From an uncultured Chloroflexia bacterium (GTDB taxonomy: Bacteria; Chloroflexota; Limnocylindria; Limnocylindrales; CSP1-4), in contig CAVVYR010000004.1 of assembly GCA_963752475.1 (NCBI GenBank), positions 1-64,000 on the forward strand: 64,000 nt of DNA. Reading direction: 5' to 3'. Shown here piece after piece: positions 48,465 to 57,181 of this stretch. The notes under the pieces are model-generated. The model saw only the letters and a program-made list of their open reading frames with translations. It was not told the origin of the DNA and ran no database searches. A program made the translations under genes and the position numbers. Position 1 is the first letter of the stretch. Every line of letters begins with the position of its first letter.

Positions 48465-49857
48465 GGTGGGCCTCCTCGATGGCGCCCGCGGCAGCCAGTT
48501 GTTCGGGGCTCATCTCGCTGACCGAGACGAGCGGCTGCGCCTGCTGTGGTCTGGCCCCGACCGTCGAGGCCAGGTAGCCCTCGACCTTGGCCGCGGCGGC
48601 GCTCGCCTCGACCACGGTGTCGACGATGTCCTTGGGCGCGATGGCCGTACCGGTGGCGAAGAGCCCGGGTGTGCTCGTGCGCGTGGTGTCGAGCTTGGGT
48701 TCGGCCGGACGGATGAAGCCATCCCGGTCGAGGTCCACACCCACGAACGAGCGCGGGTCGGTGCCGGGCTGCATGCCCACCGAGAGCACGACGAGGTCAT
48801 GCAGCGGCTCATCGACCGAACCGTCCCCCTCCATGCGCTCGATGCGGAGCTTGAGATCGCCGTCTTCCTGCTCATCGATGCGCGCGACCTTGGCCTTGAC
48901 GAACTCGATGCCCATGGCCTTGGCCGTCTGGTAGAACTGCTCGTAGCCCTTGCCGAAGGCGCGGATGTCCATGTAGTAGATCGTGATGTCGGCCAGCGGC
49001 AGCGAACCCGAGAGCAGCATCGCCTGCTTGACCGCGTACATGCAGCACACGCGCGAGCAGTAGGGCACGCCGAGCGTCTCGTCGCGCGACCCTGCGCACT
49101 GGACGTAGGCCACGCGGTCGGGGATCTTGCCGTCCGACGGCCGCAGGACGCGCCCGTAGGGCCCGTTGGGCGAGAGCAGGCGCTCCATGTCCAACCCGGA
49201 GAGCACGTTGGCGGCCTCGCCGTGGTACTCGGCCTTGGCCTCGGTGGGCGTGGTCTGATAGCCGGTCGCCAGCACGGCCGCGTCGAAATGCAGCGTCTCG
49301 ACCCGGTCCTGCTGCGTGAAGTCGATGGCCGTAGGCGTGGTGGGGCAGGCCTTCTCGCACTTGCCGCAGAAGATGCACTCGTCAGCGTCGATGAGCGCGT
49401 ACTGCGGGATGGCCGTGCCGAACGGGATGTAGGCCGCGCGGCGAGCGCCCAGCTCACCCTCGAACTCGTGCGGCACCTCAACGGGGCAGGCGTACTCGCA
49501 CAGGCGGCAGCCGATGCAGTCGTCCTCGCTCACGTAGGTGGCCTTGCGCCGAACCCTGGCGCTGAAGCCGCCCTCGGGGTCGGGCTTCAGCTCCTCGATC
49601 TCCGAGTAGGCCCAGATGTCCACGTTGTCGTGGTGAGCCGCGCTGGACATGCGCGGGGTGGTGATGCAGGAGGCGCAGTCCATGGTCGGGAAGACCTTGG
49701 AGAGAGCGATCATCTTGCCCCCGATGCTGGGCTCCTTCTCGACCACCAGCACCTTGCGGCCACGGTCGGCCAGGTCCAGGGCGGTCTGCAGGCCGGCGAT
49801 GCCGCCACCCACCACGAGCACATCGTGATCGGCTGCGACGGTGGTGGTCCTGCTCAT
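48454..49857 (-). CDS. hdrA: HdrA/QmoA-like flavoprotein
   Basis: VVGGGIAG, KVFPTMDCASCI, inserted CIGCRLCEYACP and CIFCGKCEKACP, QCAGSRD, CSRVCC, YMDIRAFGKG. Confidence 0.9.
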   Translation of the reverse strand: MSRTTTVAADHDVLVVGGGIAGLQTALDLADRGRKVLVVEKEPSIGGKMIALSKVFPTMDCASCITTPRMSSAAHHDNVDIWAYSEIEELKPDPEGGFSARVRRKATYVSEDDCIGCRLCEYACPVEVPHEFEGELGARRAAYIPFGTAIPQYALIDADECIFCGKCEKACPTTPTAIDFTQQDRVETLHFDAAVLATGYQTTPTEAKAEYHGEAANVLSGLDMERLLSPNGPYGRVLRPSDGKIPDRVAYVQCAGSRDETLGVPYCSRVCCMYAVKQAMLLSGSLPLADITIYYMDIRAFGKGYEQFYQTAKAMGIEFVKAKVARIDEQEDGDLKLRIERMEGDGSVDEPLHDLVVLSVGMQPGTDPRSFVGVDLDRDGFIRPAEPKLDTTRTSTPGLFATGTAIAPKDIVDTVVEASAAAAKVEGYLASTVGARPQQAQPLVSVSEMSPEQLAAAGAIEEAHHGQ

Positions 49858-50339
49858 GCCGCGGCCTCTGTTGCCGGCTCGTCGACCGGCTCGGGCGCCG
49901 GGGCCACGGGCCCGATAGGCCCGAGGTCCTCGAGCACCTTTTCCATGTCGGCGACTTCCTTGATGAAGGCCTTGGTGCAGACCGAGCAGATGGCCGTCAG
50001 CTTCAGCCGGCGGATGTCGATGTCGCGCTCCTTCATCAGCTTGTAGGTGCGATCGATCTGCTTGGCCGTCTGTTCGAACGAGCCCTTGTACGGGCTATCG
50101 GTGCCGCAGGACGCGATGAGGACGGCGTCCACGCCCTGCTCGAAGCAGTAGAGATAGAACGACTCAGGGAACATCACCGGGTCGGGCGTGGGGATGACGA
50201 AGGTGTTGGGCGGGTACTCCATGTGCGCCTGGCCCGTGGCGTCGATGCCCGGGTAGGAGCAGAGCAGTGTGGCGATGACGAGCATCCGGGTCGGACGGAT
50301 CTCCGCCCTCTTCGGCTCGGTCGCCGCAGGTGCCGTCAT
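49854..50339 (-). CDS. mvhD: Divergent MvhD/FlpD-like iron-sulfur subunit
   Basis: CSYPGIDATGQAHMEYP, GVDAVLIASCG, IDIRRL, AICSVC; upstream of hdrA. Confidence 0.75.
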   Translation of the reverse strand: MTAPAATEPKRAEIRPTRMLVIATLLCSYPGIDATGQAHMEYPPNTFVIPTPDPVMFPESFYLYCFEQGVDAVLIASCGTDSPYKGSFEQTAKQIDRTYKLMKERDIDIRRLKLTAICSVCTKAFIKEVADMEKVLEDLGPIGPVAPAPEPVDEPATEAAA

Positions 50340-50380
50340 GCCTCGGCCTCCCCTTGCCTATCGCTGGTGTCGTCGGGCGC

Positions 50381-50647
50381 CTACTTGGCGCGCTTGACGA
50401 AGACCCGCTCGTAGCCGTCGGCCGCGGACACACCTACGAAGCCATGTCCGACCTTGTTGCACCAGGCCGTCATGTCCGACTTGGTTTGCGGATCGGTGGT
50501 CAGGATCTCCAGCACGCCACCTACGGCCACGCCGCCGATGGACTTCTTGGCTTCGAGCAGCGGGCCCGGGCAAGCGCTGCCGCGGGCGTCGGCAACGGCG
50601 CCGACCTCGAGGGCATCTACGGCGGTCTGGTCGAGCAGGTCAGTCAT
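50381..50647 (-). CDS. tusA: TusA-family sulfur carrier
   Basis: DARGSACPGPLL, LEILTTDP…WC…GH. Confidence 0.9.
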   Translation of the reverse strand: MTDLLDQTAVDALEVGAVADARGSACPGPLLEAKKSIGGVAVGGVLEILTTDPQTKSDMTAWCNKVGHGFVGVSAADGYERVFVKRAK

Positions 50648-50678
50648 TGGGGGTTCCTTCCTTCTGGCGCTGGGGTGG

Positions 50679-51047
50679 CTAGTAGTTGAGCGTGGCCGAG
50701 GCCGAGGCGATCTCGGACACGAGGCGCGCGGCACCGATGACCTCGACGCCGTCGAGCAGGTCGTCCTCGGTGATGCCGCGGTGCTCCAGGCAGGGTGAGC
50801 AAGGCATGAGCAGACCACCGATGGCGGCGACGGTGTCTACCAGTTCCTGCAGTTCCGGGTAGGCGTGGGCGTGCACGTCCTCGGCGCCGCCCTTGGTCAC
50901 GAGACGGACCCCCTCGGCCTGGAAGGCCATGACGACCTCGATCTCGGAGACGAGCGCCCCGGCAGCCATGACGAACGGCAGCGTGGCCAGTTCAGGCTCC
51001 TCGGGTCCGTGGGTCACGATGATGACCAGCTTCTCTGGTTGGTCCAT
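50679..51047 (-). CDS. DsrE-family sulfurtransferase
   Basis: VTHGPEEPELATLPFVMA…EGV…CSPCLEHRGI…GVEVIGAA. Confidence 0.88.
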   Translation of the reverse strand: MDQPEKLVIIVTHGPEEPELATLPFVMAAGALVSEIEVVMAFQAEGVRLVTKGGAEDVHAHAYPELQELVDTVAAIGGLLMPCSPCLEHRGITEDDLLDGVEVIGAARLVSEIASASATLNY

Positions 51048-51264
51048 GTGGCGCGTGAGCCTCCTGCTTGCCTCCGGTCTGGGTCGTCGCGGTCGGACTC
51101 GGGTCCGCCCCGATATGTCTACATGTTTCGGTCATCTATATGCGTGGGCCATATTGTACCTGTCGCGGGGGCCATGTGGACCTGTATGCGCACATGCCAT
51201 CGAGGGCATGCTTCCCGCAGGCGGAGCCCGCTACCGTCTGGACCAACGCAGGAGGACGATCGAC

Positions 51265-51759
51265 GTGACTTCGGTATCGACCGCCGGACACGAGCACCAC
51301 GAGCGGCTCACGACCATGCTTGATGGACTACCGGCCCTCGCCGGCATGCTCGATGAACGGCCCCGCCCGGCGCGCTTCGAGGAACGCTTTCGTACCGTCC
51401 ACAACAGCGTCACCGGCACGCTCCTGCCCCACATCGACCGCGTCGAAACGACGCTCTACCCCGAGCTCGACCGACTCATGCAGAACCGGCACTCGATGAC
51501 CCAGATGCGTAACGAGCACGAGGACATCCGCGGGCTCGTGGAGCGGCTGGGGACGTTCGGCGAAGCCATCGAGGCTGATGCCCTTGGGCCCGCCGGCACG
51601 ATCGGACTGCGGCGGGTGCTATACCGGCTCTACGCCCTGCTCAAGGTCCACCTGGCCGAGGAGGAGGAGTACCTGCGCGTGCTCGAACACAACCTCTCCG
51701 ACGGCGAGCAGGCCGAACTGGTGAAGGGCATGGAGCACGCGGTCGCCGAGCCGCTGTAG
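51265..51759 (+). CDS. Hemerythrin-like domain protein
   Basis: HEHH, LPHIDRVE…LYP, NEHEDI, VHLAEEE; GTG start after GGAGG. Confidence 0.85.
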   Translation: MTSVSTAGHEHHERLTTMLDGLPALAGMLDERPRPARFEERFRTVHNSVTGTLLPHIDRVETTLYPELDRLMQNRHSMTQMRNEHEDIRGLVERLGTFGEAIEADALGPAGTIGLRRVLYRLYALLKVHLAEEEEYLRVLEHNLSDGEQAELVKGMEHAVAEPL

Positions 51760-51842
51760 CCTCGCCCGGACACGACGTGCGGGATCGCGTCACGCGGGCG
51801 CCGGCGATCGGGTAAGCGCCCAAGCGCGGAACTGTGTCAGGC

Positions 51843-52030
51843 GGGCGCCGACGATCTGGGTGGCAGCGCGATCCGGTGGGCGGCGCGATCCGGTGGGCGG
51901 CGGCGATCTGGGTGGCGCCGCGATCCAGGTGGCAGCGCGATCCGGTGGGCGGCGGCGATCTGGGTGGCAGCGCGATCAGGGTGGCGCCGACGATCTGGGT
52001 GGCAGCGCGATCAGGTGGGCGCCGATGATG
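51843..52030. repeat. Tandem 17-18 bp repeat, about 10-11 units, core (G/A)CGATC..GGTGG
   Basis: CGATC recurs about every 17-18 bp from 51851 to ~52010. Confidence 0.85.
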
Positions 52031-52107
52031 GACACTCGTCGCTGTGGTCGACGCTAAGTGCTCGCTCCGCCCTTCCCTATGGACATCCGTCGTCCGGGTC
52101 GACGCTA
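52028..52107. repeat. Two REP-like GTCG-N7-CGAC units, 51 bp apart
   Basis: ATGGACACTC-GTCG-CTGTGGT-CGAC-GCTA and ATGGACATCC-GTCG-TCCGGGT-CGAC-GCTA. Confidence 0.75.
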
Positions 52108-52294
52108 GTCGTGGATCCATGCCGGTCTACGGCTTCGAGTGGTGCCGACGGGCTTGGCCTATGCCCAGCCACACTCAGGATCCGAGCGGGCAGCCTCCGA
52201 TCCTTCTCTGACGCTGACTACAAGCACGACTAGGGTCGTTGGGAGCGACATGTGGCTACAACAGCACGCCTCGACCGGCGCGGGAGCCACGAGC

Positions 52295-52717
52295 CTATGG
52301 CGTGCGACGTCCACCGGCGATGGCGTCGAGATAGTCGGCGTTGAACTCACCGATGAGGCGAGCACGCTCGCGCATGACCACGGCCCAGTCGTCGAGCGCC
52401 TCCTGCCCGGCATCGGTCAGTTCGTAGGCACGTCGGCGCGGTCCGGCCGACTCCTCTGCCCAAACCGAGCTCACCAGCCGGTCGCGTTCGAGGTCGCGCA
52501 GCGTGCGATAGACGAGGCCCACATCGAGCGGCCCGTTGCTGACACGCATCTCCTCGAGACGCCCGAGGATGGCGTAGCCATAGGAATCGCCGCGGGCGAG
52601 CATGGCCAGGACGAAAGGCTCGATCCAGCGGCGCCGGGCGGCCAGCGGATTCCAGCCATGATGCGTCGGCGAACCGTCAGGATCTCGCGCGGCGATGCGC
52701 TCAATGGCTTCAGACAT
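52295..52717 (-). CDS. PadR-family transcriptional regulator
   Basis: SYGYAI…GLVYRTLRDLE…VSSVW…GPRRRAYELTDAG. Confidence 0.92.
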   Translation of the reverse strand: MSEAIERIAARDPDGSPTHHGWNPLAARRRWIEPFVLAMLARGDSYGYAILGRLEEMRVSNGPLDVGLVYRTLRDLERDRLVSSVWAEESAGPRRRAYELTDAGQEALDDWAVVMRERARLIGEFNADYLDAIAGGRRTP

Positions 52718-52740
52718 ATGTCTCAGGATACGCTTGCGGA

Positions 52741-52990
52741 GCGCCGGGCGGGTGGATGGCGCCGGGCGGGCGGATGGCGCCGGGCGGGCGGATGGCGCCG
52801 GGCGGGCCGATGGCGCCGGGCGGGCGGATGGCGCCGGGCGGGCGGATGGCGCCGGGCGGGCGGATGGCGCCGGGCGGGCCGAGGAGCGCCGGTGGGCGGA
52901 TGGCGCCGCGCGGGCAGATGGCGCCGGGCGGGCCGCGCGGGCGGATGGCGCCGGGCGGGCCGAGGAGCGCCGGGCGGGCGGATGGCGCCG
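52741..52990. repeat. 18-bp tandem repeat GCGCCGGGCGGGCGGATG, about 13-14 units
   Basis: Directly visible; seven near-perfect units followed by degenerate ones. Confidence 0.92.
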
Positions 52991-53101
52991 TATGCCGGAT
53001 CGTCAGGCAGTACGCTGCCGCAGTTCCGACACCCGACGTCATGAGTCGTGGCCTTGGCGCGCTTGGGCCAAGCGTGCTCCCGGACGCTGCGGCACATGGC
53101 A

Positions 53102-54415
53102 CTAGTAGATGCTGGGGAAGCGACTCCTGAAGCGCGGCAGCACGCCGTTGCCCATCTTGGCCCGGAAGGCCTCGAGCAGCCGAGCGTTGTTCGAGATCTC
53201 GAACCGGTTGTCGCGGGTGTAGGCCCGTACCGCCGCGAGGAACTTGGCCGAGCCGTAGTCCTCGCGCAGTTTGTCGAGGAAACGCGCGCCCTGCACGTAG
53301 ACGACCTCGAAGTAGCAGAAGTCCGAGTAGGCCTGCGAGGGCCGATCGAGCCGGTCGGTCGGGCAGCGGCTGGAGCGGATCGAGAGGTGCTTCTTGCGCG
53401 AGAAGTAGTCGGCCAGGGCCTCGTCGGCGAAGGCGTCGGTCGACTGGTCGTTGCCCACCGTTGCATACCACCACTGGTGGGCGGTCTCGTGGGAGACGAG
53501 GTAGGGCAGATCACTTGCCGGTCGCGAGGACGGGATCCAGATGAGCCCGGGCGATTCCATGGCCAGGCCCCCACCGGTCTCGGCGATGCGGTAGGTGTCG
53601 TGTGGATACGGGACGCTGGTGATCCTGCGATAGCGGGCCAGCTCGGCCTTGGCCAGCTTCAGGAGCTGCTTGCCGTCGTGCTTGCGCGAGTGGACGAAGA
53701 TCTTGGTCTTGCCGTTGAGCGACCTGCCCACGGTCGTCTTCCAGGCCGGGCTGGCGGTGAGGTTGAAGTCGCGCACGTGCGTGGCCACATAGCGGAACGT
53801 GCGGGCGTCGACCCGTTCCGCGCGACGGCCGCTGGTGGCCCATGCGAGCTTGCGGTCGGCCGTGACCGTGACCTCCACGCGCGGGCTCACGGGCGTCACG
53901 AATTGCTCTCCGTGGCCACTGTTGCCGAAAGGGGTTCGCCGGCTGACCCAGGGGATGAAGCGGTAGAGCTGCGCGACCCCGTTGAGCTTGGCGAAGAGAT
54001 AGCCCCGGCCGCCGGCCGACGTCCTGAGACGGGCCCTGAAGCCGACGAAGACGGTGGCCGAAGCACCCGCGACAAGATCCTTGTCCAGCGGCACCTTCAG
54101 CGTCTGGCCCACCTTCCTGACGGCGACCGCGGCCCCGTCCGAGCGCGCACGCAGGTTCTTCATGCTGCCCAGCTTGGCTGCGACGGTGTTGAGCTCCAGC
54201 CGGTCGATGCTGCGGCCGCTGGTGTTGCGTACGGCGATCCAGGTCCTGACGTCCACCCAGCGCGTGTCCCAGTCGAGGTCGACCTCGACGGTATAGCGGG
54301 CCTCGAGGTCGTAGCTGGTCGCCGCCGACACGGCCGCCGCCGGCACCAAGAGCGCCAACAGCACGAGCGCGACCGCGAGCACGGTGAGGCGGGCGAATCG
54401 GGGGTGTGCGGGCAT
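53102..54415 (-). CDS. Secreted M1-family (gluzincin) aminopeptidase
   Basis: Signal peptide, LAMESPG, HETAHQWW…DEALADY, VYVQGA. Confidence 0.88.
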   Translation of the reverse strand: MPAHPRFARLTVLAVALVLLALLVPAAAVSAATSYDLEARYTVEVDLDWDTRWVDVRTWIAVRNTSGRSIDRLELNTVAAKLGSMKNLRARSDGAAVAVRKVGQTLKVPLDKDLVAGASATVFVGFRARLRTSAGGRGYLFAKLNGVAQLYRFIPWVSRRTPFGNSGHGEQFVTPVSPRVEVTVTADRKLAWATSGRRAERVDARTFRYVATHVRDFNLTASPAWKTTVGRSLNGKTKIFVHSRKHDGKQLLKLAKAELARYRRITSVPYPHDTYRIAETGGGLAMESPGLIWIPSSRPASDLPYLVSHETAHQWWYATVGNDQSTDAFADEALADYFSRKKHLSIRSSRCPTDRLDRPSQAYSDFCYFEVVYVQGARFLDKLREDYGSAKFLAAVRAYTRDNRFEISNNARLLEAFRAKMGNGVLPRFRSRFPSIY

Positions 54416-54779
54416 GACCGCCTCACGGTACCGCCCCGGTGGCGAATGCGAAAGGCACCACGGCCCTCCTCTGCGCCCTGGTGCGGTGCGGTGTCCTCGT
54501 TCCTACCAGGGTGGTGCCTACGGTCAACACCCGGTGCGTGGACGCTCCGTAGTCGTCGCGTTCCACTACGTACTCGTACGGATGCTCCTCTCCGTAGTCG
54601 GTTCCGTACTCGCACGGATGCCCCGGACCGGCCACGACGCCATCATGTTCAGCACAACGTCGAATACATCACCGCTCTTTTGACCCTTCACGGCGGGGTC
54701 GGAGTTGAGCGTCTAGAGAGTCGGACTGCGCTGGGGCGCGTCCGGCTCTCGACCTTTTCCGGAGACTATCATCGGCTAC

Positions 54780-56468
54780 ATGCAGTCTCCTCGCGCGAGC
54801 ACCCAGGGGCGGCGGACGATCCGCCTCGACGTCCTGTTGCTCGCGGCCGCGGGGTTCCTGCTCGTCACCACGCTGCTGCCCCAGATCGATGCCGATCTGA
54901 ACATCGTGATGAAGGACCGCACGCTCGATGTGGCCCTCTCGGCGCTGACCTTCGTGGCCGTCACCGGCCTGGCCATCCTGACCTTCCTGCGCTATCGCGA
55001 GACCGGCCGGCTGGCGGCGTTCGTGCAGTCCTCCGCCTTCACGCTCTGGGCCACCTTCACCTTCGCGACCCTGCTCTTCATGATCTTCCGGCTGGACGGT
55101 CGCATCGGCCTCACCCTGGGCGACCCCGAGCAACTGCCGCTGTGGGTCTCGGGCGTGGTACGCATGAGCGTGTCGGGGTTGCTGATGGTCAGCGGCGTGG
55201 CGGCACTGATGGGCATCTACGGCGGCGCCCGTCGACGGGTCCGCATCATCTTCCTGCCGGTGCTGGTCATCGCGGCCCTCACCATCGTCATCTACCCCTT
55301 CCGCGAACTGCTACCACCGCTCATCGAGCCCCAGGGCATGGAGGCGCTGCTGGCCGAGCCGGGCGAGTTCGCGCTGCTGCCGGGCTTCACCGGCCTGGCC
55401 CTCGTCATCGTCACCGTCACCGTCACCGGCCTCGTCGCAGGCGTGCTGCTATACCGCGTGACGTGGGGACGCGGTGGTCCCACCAGTGACGCCTTCACCG
55501 CCCTCGGGCTGGTCATGCTCGCGGTGGCCGAAGTCCAGTACGCCATCTGGCCCAGCGTCTACAGCAACCTCGTGACCATCTCCGACATCATGCGGTTGGT
55601 GGCCTACACGGTCCTGCTCGCGGGCACCTTTGCCGATCAGCGCAGCGACCTGCGTGCGCTCCGCTCGGCCTATGCCGCGCTCGATCGCATGCGCGTCAAC
55701 GAGGCCGAACGCGCGACGCTGGAAGAGCGGGCCCGCCTGGCGCGCGAGATCCACGATGGCCTGGCCCAGCACCTCTGGTTCGCCAAGCTCAAGTTCGAGC
55801 GACTGGGTTCCACGCTCTCCGATGATGAGCGGCCATTGGCCGAGGAGGTCACGCAGGCACTGGACGCGGCCATCATCGAGGCTCGCGAGGCGCTGGTCAC
55901 GATGCGCTCCAGCCTCGAAGAGGACGTGCCCTTCTCCGACATGCTCGTGCGCACGGTCGACGACTTCGAGAGCAGCTCCGGGCTGCGCGCGGATTTCACA
56001 GCCTCGACCGGCATCCCCTCCTCCTTCGCGCCCCGCGTGCAAGTCGAGTTGCTGCGCATCGTCAGCGAGGCCCTCAACAACGTGCGCAAGCACGCCGATG
56101 CCACGATCGTGCGCATCACCGCCGAGATCAACGATGGCGAGCTGCTGATCACCATCACCGACAACGGTCGCGGCTTCGATCAGAACGAGGCCTTCGACAA
56201 GGGCATGGGCCTGCAGGGCATGCATGAGCGCGCTCGGCTGATCGGCGGCTCGTTGCTGGTCATGTCCGAGTTCTCGGGTGGCACGACCATCGAGGTGCGG
56301 GCGCCCGTCGTCACCGCCGGCGTGGGCAGCATGAGCGAGACCTCTGAGCGCACAGCCATGGCACCGACTGATGAGGACGATCCCTTCATGCCAGAGCCGC
56401 CCGACGCATTCGCGAGCCCGTCCTCGGGCGAGACCGCCGACGCCAAGCCCACGGGTATGCAAACCTAG
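54780..56468 (+). CDS. Membrane sensor histidine kinase (HisKA_3, NarX/DesK-like)
   Basis: Multi-TM N-terminus; ERARLAREIHDGLAQ, EALNNVRKHA, DNGRGF, GMGLQGMHER. Confidence 0.93.
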   Translation: MQSPRASTQGRRTIRLDVLLLAAAGFLLVTTLLPQIDADLNIVMKDRTLDVALSALTFVAVTGLAILTFLRYRETGRLAAFVQSSAFTLWATFTFATLLFMIFRLDGRIGLTLGDPEQLPLWVSGVVRMSVSGLLMVSGVAALMGIYGGARRRVRIIFLPVLVIAALTIVIYPFRELLPPLIEPQGMEALLAEPGEFALLPGFTGLALVIVTVTVTGLVAGVLLYRVTWGRGGPTSDAFTALGLVMLAVAEVQYAIWPSVYSNLVTISDIMRLVAYTVLLAGTFADQRSDLRALRSAYAALDRMRVNEAERATLEERARLAREIHDGLAQHLWFAKLKFERLGSTLSDDERPLAEEVTQALDAAIIEAREALVTMRSSLEEDVPFSDMLVRTVDDFESSSGLRADFTASTGIPSSFAPRVQVELLRIVSEALNNVRKHADATIVRITAEINDGELLITITDNGRGFDQNEAFDKGMGLQGMHERARLIGGSLLVMSEFSGGTTIEVRAPVVTAGVGSMSETSERTAMAPTDEDDPFMPEPPDAFASPSSGETADAKPTGMQT

Positions 56469-56475
56469 CAAGGTC

Positions 56476-57177
56476 ATGACCATCGAGAAGCCGCGCGTCG
56501 CGGCAGCCCAGTCGACCACCGGCGACGGCGCCGGCAGGACCCTGCGTGTGATGCTCGTGGACGACCACGCACTCGTCCGTTCCGCGGTGCGTCAGGCTAT
56601 CAGCGCACCGGATGTAGAGCTCGTTGGTGAGGCCGGCAGCGCTGAGGACGCCTTCGCGCTGGCGCTCGCGGTGCGACCGGACGTGATGCTGCTGGACATC
56701 GACCTGCCGGGCATGAACGGTATCCAGATGCTCGAGGAGTTGAGCCCGCGCCTGCCGGAGACGAAGATCGTGATGCTCACGGTCTCGGACTCCGAGCGCG
56801 ACATGATCGACGCCCTTGCTCGCGGTGCCGCGGGCTACCTCACCAAGGACCTCGCACCGGAGGCGTTGCTGCGCGCACTTCGAGGCACGCAACAGGGCGA
56901 GCTGGCCATGTCGCGCCGCCACGCCTCGTCCGTCATGCGCCACTTCATCGGTGCCGCGCGCAAGGGACGTTCCGGCAACGCTGGTGGGCTGGAGGGGTTG
57001 AGTCCGCGAGAGAACGACGTGCTGCGCATGCTCGCCGACGGGCTGACCGATCGCGAGATCGCCGAGGCCCTCGTCATCAGCCCGCGGACGGTCGAGACGC
57101 ACGTGAGCAACATCCTGCACAAGCTCGGCGTGCGCAAGCGGGCCGAGGCAGCGCAGCGCTACCGCGAGTCCCGCTAG
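56476..57177 (+). CDS. NarL/LuxR-family response regulator
   Basis: LVDDH, LLDIDLPG, GYLTK, LSPRE…ISPRTVETHVSNILHKL. Confidence 0.95.
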   Translation: MTIEKPRVAAAQSTTGDGAGRTLRVMLVDDHALVRSAVRQAISAPDVELVGEAGSAEDAFALALAVRPDVMLLDIDLPGMNGIQMLEELSPRLPETKIVMLTVSDSERDMIDALARGAAGYLTKDLAPEALLRALRGTQQGELAMSRRHASSVMRHFIGAARKGRSGNAGGLEGLSPRENDVLRMLADGLTDREIAEALVISPRTVETHVSNILHKLGVRKRAEAAQRYRESR

Positions 57178-57181
57178 CGTC

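Noticed and set aside
44828-50339. Evidence for methanogenesis or sulfate reduction
   Set aside because: No hdrB, mcr, aprAB, sat or dsrAB in the window; HdrA/Qmo homology alone is insufficient
52110-52290. Possible structured ncRNA downstream of padR
   Set aside because: No recognisable family motif or convincing fold by eye
51843-52990. Possible CRISPR arrays (also 18947-19240)
   Set aside because: The repeats are tandem without unique spacers or are too degenerate, and there are no cas genes in the window
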